From Octopus sinensis (lineage: Eukaryota): a stretch of 64,000 nt of DNA. How positions within the stretch are numbered: the first letter of the stretch is position 1; every line of letters begins with the position of its first letter. A model generated the notes under the pieces. The model saw nothing but the letters and a program-made list of their open reading frames with translations. It did not search any database and was not told the origin of the DNA. Where the stretch lies: assembly GCF_006345805.1 (NCBI RefSeq), contig NC_043017.1, forward strand, positions 4,340,001 through 4,404,000, written 5' to 3'. Shown here piece after piece: positions 52,799 to 64,000 of the stretch. A program made the translations under genes and the position numbers.

Positions 52799-52907
52799 TG
52801 AGAATGACTTGGATGATAACCAGGATTTATATGATGTTGTGTACGACGGCGAGGAAGATGAACAGATTTATGAACACTTGTGTATTCGACATCAAAGATT
52901 CTCCACA
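52799..52907 (+). CDS. vav: Vav acidic-region exon 5b (phase 2-0, 109 nt), paralog of exon 5a
   Basis: gtatatAG | T GAG AAT GAC TTG GAT GAT AAC CAG GAT TTA TAT GAT GTT GTG TAC GAC GGC GAG GAA GAT GAA CAG ATT TAT GAA CAC TTG TGT ATT CGA CAT CAA AGA TTC TCC ACA | GTAAGT = ENDLDDNQDLYDVVYDGEEDEQIYEHLCIRHQRFST. Closely matches VAV3-type EDLYDCVYGEDEGGEVYEDL (Y160/Y174 region, recalled). Embedded in track ORF 52728..53027. Confidence 0.9.
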
Positions 52908-53653
52908 GTAAGTCAGCACAGAAAAGATTTCCTTCTCTCACATTACCCCCCCCCATGTCCCACCCCCCTCAGACAGCTGCTGGTCCCCCCCCCCCCACCA
53001 ATCTACAACCTTTTAAAACTATATTGAATTTAACCATCACATGTAGTACAGTGTCACATATAACAAATGCATTGTCTCAAGCAATATGGTGGCGAAAGGG
53101 ACACGGTCTCATGGCAGAATGCCTCCTGCAACACTGTGTCACATTACAGCATAATGACTTGTGTCACATGGCACAGTATGACATGTAACATGGTGTCACA
53201 AACTTTATGGTTTTACATATTGGATGGTGTTACATATGACATGGTGGTTTTTAACCATGGTGTCACACAGATATGACACAATACACTGTATCATATACAG
53301 CATGGTTTTACATATAAACATTGTGTTATTCATATATATATATATATCATCATCATCATCATTGTTTAACATCCACCTTCCATGCTAGCATGTTTTGGAC
53401 GATTTTGACTGAGGGCTGGCGAACCAGACGGCCGCACCAGGCTCCAATCTTGATCGGGCAAAGTTTCTACAGCTGGATGCCCTTCCTAATGCCAACCACA
53501 TGTATGTATGTATGTATAGCATGGTGCCATTGGAACTGTAGATCAGACCAAACTGTTGAAATAGGTCAAGTGAAACTGGAACTTGTACTTTGTTCTCTCA
53601 TTCAGTTTACCTCAGTGGGTCCACAGAGGATGATAAACAGATATTACATTGAA

Positions 53654-53882
53654 CAAGGCGGCGAGCTGGCAGAGTCGTTAGCACGCCGGGCGAAATGCTT
53701 AGCGGTATTGTGTCTGTCGTTGCGTTCCGAGTTCAAATTCCGCCGAGGTCAACTTTGCCTTTCATCCTTTCGGGGTCGATAAATTAAGTACCAGATACGC
53801 ACTGGGGTCGATGTAATCGACTTAATCCGTTTGTCTGTCCTTGTTTGTCCCCTCTATGTTTAGCCCCTTGTGGACAATAAAG
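53654..53882 (+). mobile_element. Family B SINE, young monomeric copy with 19-bp TSD
   Basis: TSD aaacagata(t/a)..cattgaa at 53635-53653 and 53883-53901 (1 mismatch). Intact head ggcggcgagctggcagagtcgttagc and B box gagttcaaattcc. Confidence 0.85.
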
Positions 53883-55055
53883 AAACAGATATAACATTGA
53901 AAGGATCATCTCATCTCCTAAGCCAAGATACTGTAGGCAGCCCAGGACATTTTACATCATACACATTTTTCGGTGAACGGTAGTTTTTTTTATCGACGAG
54001 ATTGTTGTGTAGCCCCAGGTCAGTCCTGATCGAGCAGTTGTGATCAACCTTGCCTTGTTTTTAGAGGTGTGCTTTATCCAATGTATACATTACTTATTTT
54101 TAAAACGAAAGTGTGCAATTTGAGGGAGATTTAGTTGCTGTGTATTTAGTAGGTTGAACTACTAAATACAATCCCCTTTGTGGATTTATATTCATGGCAG
54201 TTTTTACTGTTAGCTGTAGCTCTGTGTGTGTGTGTGTGTGTGTGTCTTATCCCTCCCTCTCTTAAATAATATGGTAGAACATCAAAGCTGATGTTGTCTC
54301 ATCCTGGAAACAGTCAATATGTCGTGGTTTGCATGTATTCATTCACATTCATGTCCCTCACCAGTGTTACCGATCACCTCCTTTTCTTAGTAAGCATGTT
54401 CTGCTTGGTGTTAAACAAGAAATTGTATGGTTTCCTTATTGTTTGTTATTTGTTTTATTCTATTAAAAAATTTTTTTTTTTTTTTTGTTAATGTATATCT
54501 CAGATCTATTGTTTGCCACCTGCCCTCCCACCTTACCTGACCGATCTGACTATGCCATCAACCTTGCAGCCACTTCTCCAGACTAAATCAAACTGTTGCT
54601 TATTAGTGTTGTTAAGGTAGCAAACTGGTAGACTCGTTAGCGTGCTGGTCAAAATGCTTTGCAGTGTTTCATTTGTCTTTACATTCTGAGTCCAAATTCT
54701 GCTAAGATTTGACTTTGCTTTTCACCCCTTTTGGGGGCTGATAAAATAAGGACCAGTTGAGCACTAAGATTAATGAAACCTACCTAACCCCGCTCCCTCC
54801 GATCTTTCTGGTCTTATGCCAATATTTTAGTAGCGTTGTTATTTTAAAAAATTTTTTTTACCAAGATCTCTCAACTTTAACATTGTTGCTGTTTTAATAA
54901 CAGACCTTGATTAAATCATGGCCTAGTTTATCGACCTCTATATCTAAACCAATTCTAATTCCTCATATTGAATTCCCTCAATAATGAGCGAACATTTCAT
55001 AAAACTGATGCTAAAGTTGACATTATTACTAGAGCATTGGTGTAGTGAGAGAATG

Positions 55056-55445
55056 TCTTGTTAGCATTCCATCGCTTACGACGACAAGGGTTCCAGTTGA
55101 TCCGATCAACGGAACAGCTTGCTCATGAAATTAACGTGCAAGTGGCTGAGCACTCCACAGACACGTATACCCTTAATGTAGTTCTCGAGGGATATTCAGC
55201 ATGATACAGAGTGTGACAAAGCTGGCCCTTTGAATTACTGGCACAACAGAAACAGGAAGATAGAGTGAGAGAAAGTTGTGATGAAAGAGTATAGCAGGGA
55301 TCGCCACCAACCCCGGCCGGAGCCTCGTGGAGCTTTAGGTGTTTTCACTCAATAAACACTCACAACATTCGGTCTGGGAATCAAAACCACGATCCTATGA
55401 CCGCGAGTCCGCTGCCCTAACCACTGGGCCATTGTGCCTCTACAA
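55056..55445 (-). mobile_element. Family C SINE, full length with 10-bp TSD
   Basis: Reverse complement of 13761-14147. TSD tgagagaatg at 55046-55055 and 55446-55455. Confidence 0.88.
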
Positions 55446-57299
55446 TGAGAGAATGATTGAGTATTAAAGGTATCAACTGATTTATGTCAGAGGTATAGCT
55501 GTAGTTATCATCCATGGATGTAGATGGATGATAACTGCCATGAGCTGGCTGGTTGGTTGGTTGGTTGGTTGGTGCTGCAAGATAGTTTTGAAAATGGAGA
55601 AGAAATTAGGGGGTCAAATGTGAGCATGTTGCCCCTTTCAGGTGAAATGACAGAAATATGTTGATAAGACCATATTGCAAACTTTTAAGGACGATGATGA
55701 TCAGTTGTTGTTGTTGTTTAGATCCAGGTCTGGCTTAATTTTATAGGTCTATAATCAACGGTCTTCCAACCATGACCATCCTTGACTTTCCAGGTTACAT
55801 TATCCAATATGCCCCTATCTTTTTAAAACAGTAGAGTGTGATATGAGGCAGGATTTCAGTGCTATTTTTAGGATGTCAACTAATATTGCTTACAAATTTG
55901 GGCACTGGGCCATTATTTTCAGGTGAGGCAGGTAAGTCACTTACATCGACCCCAGTACTCAACTGGTACTTATTTTCTTGACCTTGAAAGGATGAAAGGC
56001 AAAGTCAACCTCCGCAGAATCTGAACTCAGGACGTAAAAATGGATGAAATGCTGCTAAGCATTTTGCCTGGCATGCTAACAATTCTGGCTTCAAGAAATA
56101 ATTATTTAGCTTTAAATCAACCTTGACTCTGTAGACTTGTAATCCAAGATATTCCTATCATGATCTCATGTTTTATTCTGAGGATATTTTTCAATATGTC
56201 CTTTATTTTTAAAGAGGCCAGTACAATGTAGTCACATTGTTGTTGTTATGTTGGCAGGAACCTATTTTCAGATATTAAGTTTCTTGAGAAATTCCTTAGC
56301 TGATAAAAGATAAATTAGGGAGCCAAGAAAAGGGCCTCTGTATAGTCATTCAACTGGCTAACTCTATCTTGAATCACACCCTGTGTCTTAAAAAAAAATT
56401 GGAACAAATATTATTGTACAATGTAAGCCTGGGTCATCATCATTTTACTTCTACTTTTCCATGTTTGCATGGGTCAGATGGACTTTGTTGAGGTAGATTT
56501 TCTATGGCTGGATGCCCTTCCTGTTGCCAACCCTCACCTGTTTTTCATATCTGAATATTTTCTCAGGGAAGACTGGAAACAAACAACCTCATATGATAAT
56601 GATACCCTTTTACAACCATCATGCAATATTCAGACGTGGGTATATACATATATCCACACACATACCCATGACGGGCTTCTTTCAGTTTAATGTCGACCAA
56701 ATCCACTTACAAGGCTTTGATCAGCTTCGGGCTATAGTAGATGACACTTGCTCAAGGTACTGGTCAGTGGGACCACTTGATTGGGAAGCAAGCTTCTTCT
56801 TAACCACACAGTCATGCTTAGATATAAAAAAAATAAGAAATATAGAAAGAAAAAAAAAGACTGGATGATCATGGTTGGAACACTTTTGTATCTCTGTCTG
56901 CACACTCAGGAATGACCTGGGAATAAATAACAGTTGAACGTAGCAACTAAAGTAATATTTTCCATATGTATGTTCCCCGAGTATTGCGATTGAACTTCTA
57001 AACTGCTTTGTCTACAAATGTTAGATTCATTCCTCTCTTCCTCTTCTTTCATATTAATTCTAGAACTGAGGGGTGGGGGTGGGGTTACAATGGCTAAAAA
57101 TTTAGACTAATAATTTCAGCATTTATAATTCGGTACTACTTGGTCTGCAGCTTTCTTCCTGTTAAAATCTTTTAAATAATGCTGTTTGATTGTTTTGGAT
57201 TTTGTTTTTCATCCATATTAAAGTTCTTATGATTAAAGCATCAGTTAACTGCTGCCATCAGTCTAATCAATTAGACCTTTCTCAAAATTGCTGGTATTA

Positions 57300-57344
<45 letters not shown>

Positions 57345-57348
<4 letters not shown>

Positions 57349-58025
57349 GTTTTGGCATTGCTTTAATTTATGTGAGTTGCTAAGTTCCACCCAAGTCTCG
57401 ATTATAATTGATGTTCTGAATTCAGATTCTGCTGAGGTTCTCTTTGCCTTTCATTCTTTTGGGATCAGTAAATTTAGTACCAGTTGTGTACTGGGGTTGA
57501 TCTAAATTGACTGACCCCCCCCCCACAAAAAAATTTCAGGCCTTGTGCCTATAGTAGAAAGGATTATTATTATTATTATTATTATGTTTTGGTTTTCCTT
57601 TAGTTTATGTGAGTTGCTAAGTTGCACTCAAGTCATGATTATAATTATTTATGCTCTGAGTTCAAATTCTGCTGAGGTTGACTTTGCCTTTAATCCATCC
57701 AGGGTCAATGAAATAAGTACCAGTTCAACACTGGGGTTGATGTAATTCTGAAATTTAAACAATTATTATCATTATTATTATCATCATCATCATCATCATC
57801 ATCAATAAGGTGGTGAGCTGGCAGAATTGTTAGCACACTGGGCAAAATGCTTAGCAGCATTTTGTCTGTCCTTATATTCTGAGTTCAAATTTCACTGAGG
57901 TTGACGTTGCCTTTCATCCTTTTGGGGTCGATGTAAAAAGTACCGGTTATGCACTGACGTCGACATAATTGAGTAGTCTCCTCCCACCAAATTTCAGGCC
58001 TTGTGCCTATAGTAGAAAGGATTAT
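57345..58025 (+). mobile_element. Cluster of three family B SINE bodies separated by (ATT)n/(ATC)n tails
   Basis: Three repeats of ctgagttcaaattctgctgaggttgactttgcctt..catc..ggggtc..gtacc. Other degenerate copies at about 4990-5200(+), 7290-7660(-), 22490-22650(-), 34540-34710(-), 47880-48110(+), 54610-54830(+), 55890-56090(-) and 58990-59650(+). Confidence 0.75.
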
Positions 58026-58419
58026 TATTATCATTATTATTTTCTTCTTCTTCTTGACTCAGAATTGATCTTATTTCTGGTAGAATTTCTGTGGGTGGTT
58101 ACTACCTGTTCCCTTAGATATCCCTATGGTTCCAATAAGTCCATCAAGTGCTCAGAACCCTCCTACTGTTCCCAAGAGGTAAACCTTCTGTAGAAGCTTT
58201 ACAATATCCTTTTGTCCATTGGATTATTTCATCACTCACAGTCCCTAATGCACCAGTTATCACAGGTACAACTTTTACAGATCTGATGTGTAATCTCAAA
58301 TTTTAAGGGGTTGTAGTTTTTCATCTTTTCATTTGTTTTCTTCACCATCTTAGTATCAAATGGACCAGATGGATCAGTCAGATTACAAATCCAATTTTCC
58401 TTGTCTATTACTGTATTAT

Positions 58420-58972
58420 TATTATTGAGTGAGAGAACAGTGCATGCCATCAAAGTGACACTGGGAAGCCCAGTATACTCATCATGACTACCCATCTGAT
58501 AAGGGTACACTAGGCACATGCATCACAACAATGTGTGCGCGACATGGTAATCTCATATCAAGATAAACAGCACATGACCTTGCAGGTGGAGCCCAGTTAG
58601 AACTTTCTTCTGGTCGAGTAACCCATCCTGCTCAAAAGGTCCCTGAATAAGGGTTGTTTAAGGATGTTGAACGAAACACCCATGTTTCCAGAGGTGAATT
58701 ATTCAGACCCCAAAGAATCCCTCTCAACACACAGCTATGATGCTCCCCCACTACTTCAGCTCGTGATCAGAGATGCACATATCATCAGCCACTAAGGGAC
58801 ATGCTCAACTGGTTACGGTTGAACAACTGACAAGCAGATCTGCGGCATTGAGCAGAATATTTACTGTAGCCCATCTTTTTATACCAAAACAAAACAATGT
58901 ACATGATAACACTTCCAATCAGTTAAGATCAGAAGGCCACGAGAGCTACTGCCTGGTACTGCATCAGGGCTT
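58420..58972. mobile_element. Unclassified interspersed repeat
   Basis: Higher-GC block bounded by (ATT)n/(AAT)n tracts. Resembles a recurrent octopus repeat from recall only, and there is only one copy in this window. Confidence 0.4.
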
Positions 58973-59814
58973 AATAATAATAATAATAATAGCAGTGAGC
59001 TGGCAGAATTGGTAGTGCATTGGACAATGTGCTTAGCAGCATTTCCTCTGGCTCTTTACACTCTGAGTCCAGGTTCTACCAAGATCAACTTTGATCCTTT
59101 CAAGATCAATAAAATAAGTACAAGTCGAACACTGAAGGCAACGAAATTGATTAATCCCTTTCCATAAAAATTGCTGGCATTGTGTCAAAATTAGAATTAT
59201 TATTATTTTTATGACTACCCTTTTCTGATAGAGTGCCAAAAATGTTAGAGCATCAGGCAAAATATTTTGCAGTATTTCTTCTGGGTCTTCATGTTCTGAG
59301 CTTAAACTCTATTGAGGTCAACTTTTTGCTTTTCACCCATCTGGGTGTGATAAAGTACTGGAATTGATTTAATTGGCTTCATCCACCTCTATACCACCCA
59401 GTTTGAGGGCTTGTTATTATTAACATAGAGGTTGATAGGTTGGCAGATTGATTTGAGCATTGCATAACATGCCTCTTGTTATCTTTCCCAGCTTTTTGTT
59501 ACGAGTTCAAACCACACCAGGGTTATCTGTGCCTTTCATCTTTTCGAGTTTGACAAAATTAAATACCAACGAAATACTGGGCTGATGGTATTGACTAACC
59601 ACCTGCTTCCCCTAAATTTCAAACCTTGTGGCTATGCTAGAAAGTTACAATCTCACTGGGTTTGAGGTGATTTTTCTAACTGCCAAGACTCGATAAAACA
59701 AAGTATCCTTCTGGTTGCTGAGGCCTGTATATTGTATGTGTGTGTGTGTGTGTGCGTATATATAATTAACTATCTCTTCTTCCCTAAAATGTATGACCCT
59801 CTGCCAATGTTATA

Positions 59815-59819
59815 GATCT

Positions 59820-59850
<31 letters not shown>

Positions 59851-59885
59851 CATTTATTGTCATCATCATCATCACTATAATTATG

Positions 59886-59955
<70 letters not shown>

Positions 59956-60014
59956 CATTTATTGTCATCATCATCATCACTATAATTATGTTATTATATT
60001 ATTTATTATTATTA

Positions 60015-60045
<31 letters not shown>

Positions 60046-60093
60046 TATTATTATTATCATTTATGTCATCATCATCATCATCACTATATTATG

Positions 60094-60163
<70 letters not shown>

Positions 60164-60216
60164 TTATCATTATTGTCATCATCATCATCACTATAATTAT
60201 GTTATTATTATTATTA

Positions 60217-60276
<60 letters not shown>

Positions 60277-60443
60277 CATCATTATTGTCATCATCATCAT
60301 CATCATCATCACTATAATTATGTTATTTATTATTATTATTATTATATTATTATTATTATTATTATTATTATATTATTATTATTATTATTATTATCATTTA
60401 TTGTCATCATCATCATCACTATAATTATGTTATTATTATTATA

Positions 60444-60503
<60 letters not shown>

Positions 60504-60572
60504 CATCATTTATTGTCATCATCATCATCATCACTATATTATGTTATTTATTATTATTATATTATATTATTA

Positions 60573-60620
<48 letters not shown>

Positions 60621-60869
60621 CATCATTATTGTCATCATCATCATCACTATATTATGTTATTTATTATTATTATTATATTATTATTATTATTATATATTAT
60701 TATTATTATTATATTATTATTATCATCATTTATTGTCATCATCATCATCACTATAATTATGTTATTTATTATTATTATTATATTATTATTATTATTATTA
60801 TTATTATATTATTATTATTTTTTATTATTATTATCATTTATTGTCATCATCATCATCACTATAATTATG

Positions 60870-60939
<70 letters not shown>

Positions 60940-60980
60940 TATCATTTATTGTCATCATCATCATCACTATAATTATGTTA

Positions 60981-61040
<60 letters not shown>

Positions 61041-61098
61041 CATTATTGTCATCATCATCATCACTATAATTATGTTATTTATTATTATTATTATTATA

Positions 61099-61152
<54 letters not shown>

Positions 61153-61438
61153 CATCATTTATTGTCATCATCATCATCACTATAATTATGTTATTATTAT
61201 TATTATATTATTATTATTATTAATTATTATTATTATTATTATTATTATTATCATTTATTGTCATCATCATCATCACTATAATTATGTTATTATTATTATT
61301 ATATATTATTATTATTATTATTATTATATTATTATATTATTATATATTATTATTATATTATTATCATCATTTATTGTCATCATCATCATCATCACTATAA
61401 TTATGTTATTTATATTATTATTATTATTATTATTATTA

Positions 61439-61470
<32 letters not shown>

Positions 61471-61526
61471 TATCATTTATTGTCATCATCATCATCACTA
61501 TAATTATGTTATTTATTATTATATTA

Positions 61527-61567
<41 letters not shown>

Positions 61568-61745
61568 TATTATTATTATTATTATATTATTATCATCATT
61601 TATTGTCATCATCATCATCACTATAATTATGTTTTTATTATTATTATTATTATTATTATTTATTATTATATTATTTTATTATTATTTATTATTATTATTA
61701 TTATTATCATCATTTATTGTCATCATCATCATCACTATAATTATG

Positions 61746-61822
<77 letters not shown>

Positions 61823-61882
61823 CATTTATTGTCATCATCATCATCACTATAATTATGTTATTTATTATTATTATTATTATTA
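59815..61882. repeat. Compound satellite: 19 conserved cores separated by variable (ATT)n tracts (period about 110 bp)
   Basis: Core tcatttattgtcatcatcatcatcactataattatgtta counted 19 times from about 59850 to 61860. Confidence 0.92.
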
Positions 61883-63777
61883 AACTAGAAACAATTATTA
61901 TTATGGAAGCTTTTTCTTGATATCTGCTGTATTTACACATTATCCACTGGATGCTACCCAAACACCTGAGGTAGATAACACCTGATATGATGTTCTTATT
62001 ACATTGGATCATTATATGATGTTGAGAAGTGTTAGGACTGCATGAATTTTTTTAAAATCTACATAAGTGCTCAAAAATTCTATTCACTAATGTTAATTTA
62101 GAGAAACATTAGAGCTATGTTTCTCAAAAGTACTGCCATAAATTTTACAGAAATCTGTATTAATATTTGAGCATCTTGGAGACTTGAAATTCATTTTATT
62201 ATTATTCACAAATGCGATAAATAAAACAAGGTAAGCATTAGTTTTCTATATGTAACTTCCTAAATGAATTTCATCAGTAATTTCTTTGTTTGATCTCCAG
62301 TGTACCACTAAGTCAAATCACCTGAGAATCAGTGCTAAATACCTTGCTCTACATTGTTCTATACCTCTACATTCTGAGTTCAGATTCTGCCATGGTCACC
62401 TGTCACTCCTTCCTCATTATATCATTGGGGTACCATTAAGTAATTTTCCTTCATGCAGTGTGTCTCTAGAGGAGTAAAAAGCTGTATGGAAGTTTACATT
62501 CCTCTCAAAACTATATTACCTCTGAAATAAAAAAAAGAGTTTATTTTAGCACAGAAGGCTAATGGAACACCTGTCAGCTTGTCAGCATTGCCTCAGCTTA
62601 CAGCTGCAGGTTATATTTTTTAGATATTTCTCTGTATCTTGCATTTTGTGAATGATAGCAAGGCTGGTTCTGTGTTTCCAACTTGTGATATGATATCACG
62701 AGTGATAAAGGGGAGCCTGTTTTACACGAGTAGAAAAAATACCCCAAAGCATTTGAAAACACTAGATTTACTGCCAATTTTTACCAATATACTATCCCCC
62801 CCTCTCTCTCTCTCCACACACACACACACACAGAGCTTCTGTTAAGTTTCTGTACACCAATTTTCACTCCTGAAGCATAGTTCAACCCAAGGCAAGAAAG
62901 CACTTGCCTAAGTACTGTGCTATGGGATTGAACCTCTGGACCATGTATATGCAAAGAGAACTTCTTAACAATATAACTACGCTCATAACAACACAAGGTG
63001 TTCCTACTCTTGTTAGAGACAGTGTATTTAATGCTGTTGTCATGGACACAAACCCATCACCACCTGGCTGCTTGTCTCACCTCCTATCCACTGGGCCATA
63101 CCCATTCTCAGATTAGGTTTAATACATTATCTTATATTATCTCTAATATATTAATCTTATGTTATATAATTGATACATATTTCTAATCAACTTCAACTGG
63201 CCTGTTTTCTACACACACACACATGCACACACACATAGTGTGCTTATAAATATGAAAAATGAGATTTTATTGAATATGAAATAAATCAAGATAACTTTGG
63301 TAAATTATAGACACATATTACTATTTATAGTGCATGTGTGATATTTTATATGCAATATTACTCATATTACATGTGTCATGTTACATATATGACATGTGTG
63401 ATATTAATGATATAAGACATGCAATTTTATTTGTATTGCATATAGATTTTTTTTTTTTGCTTGTATTGCAAATTGATAATTAAATCTTAGATTAATTGGT
63501 AGAACTTGTTCAAACTCCTATCAGAGACCTTTGATCAATGGTGGTCAAGCTGTGATTATTCTTGCTTTTTATTCAGACACTGCCTCTAGGACTACAGTAT
63601 CCAAAGTGTCCTTCAGTCGTATCTATGGAAACAGCTTGACCGAATGGTTAAGAGTGGATGTGGCATGGACAAATGGTTAAGTTGCTAGCTTTGTAATTAC
63701 CAGGTCCTGTGTTCAATCTGACTGCTTGGTGTCTTGGGCAAGAATCTTACTGAATGGATTACTCTTGTGATTCCAAG

Positions 63778-63907
<130 letters not shown>

Positions 63908-64000
63908 CCATGTGTGAATTACACTGAAGGCACACATATTCTAATTCACTGAGCAGGTAGTCCAGTTGATCAAATTATTCACTACTCATTACTGAAACTG

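Noticed and set aside
59815-61882. CRISPR-like appearance (conserved core repeated with variable spacers)
   Set aside because: The spacers are (ATT)n microsatellite rather than unique sequence, the context is a eukaryotic intron, and there are no cas genes.
62151-62230. AG...AG|GTAAGC-bounded open segment KSVLIFEHLGDLKF..., considered as the first DH exon
   Set aside because: Lacks the expected KRxxCxxExxxTExxY start of the Vav DH domain. The DH exons probably lie beyond the window.

Overview
AT-rich eukaryotic intronic DNA, almost certainly from an octopus. The taxon call is from recall of the tRNA-derived SINEs, RTE/CR1 LINE debris, piggyBac/hAT MITEs and dense microsatellites, not from a database search. 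The only supportable gene is a + strand fragment of vav (Vav-family Rho/Rac GEF). It has five short exons with canonical AG/GT sites: the last CH-domain helix (14925-14980) and FOUR acidic-region exons where vertebrate Vav has two. These form two tandem pairs of look-alike exons: 24715-24789 and 35252-35329 (both phase 2-2), and 46601-46703 and 52799-52907 (both phase 2-0). The last two cannot be spliced together, because joining them gives an immediate TGA. This points to mutually exclusive, combinatorial splicing of Vav's autoinhibitory phosphotyrosine switch. The earlier CH exons and the DH exons were not found and probably lie outside the window. The second highlight is a TA-flanked ~79-bp inverted repeat (27811-27978). 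Its arms carry a minimal type I hammerhead-ribozyme motif of the Penelope-like retroelement kind: a near-canonical copy on the sense strand of the vav pre-mRNA and a G5A-mutated copy on the antisense strand. Apart from a few LINE-fragment reading frames, the supplied ORF track is almost entirely microsatellite or repeat artefact.
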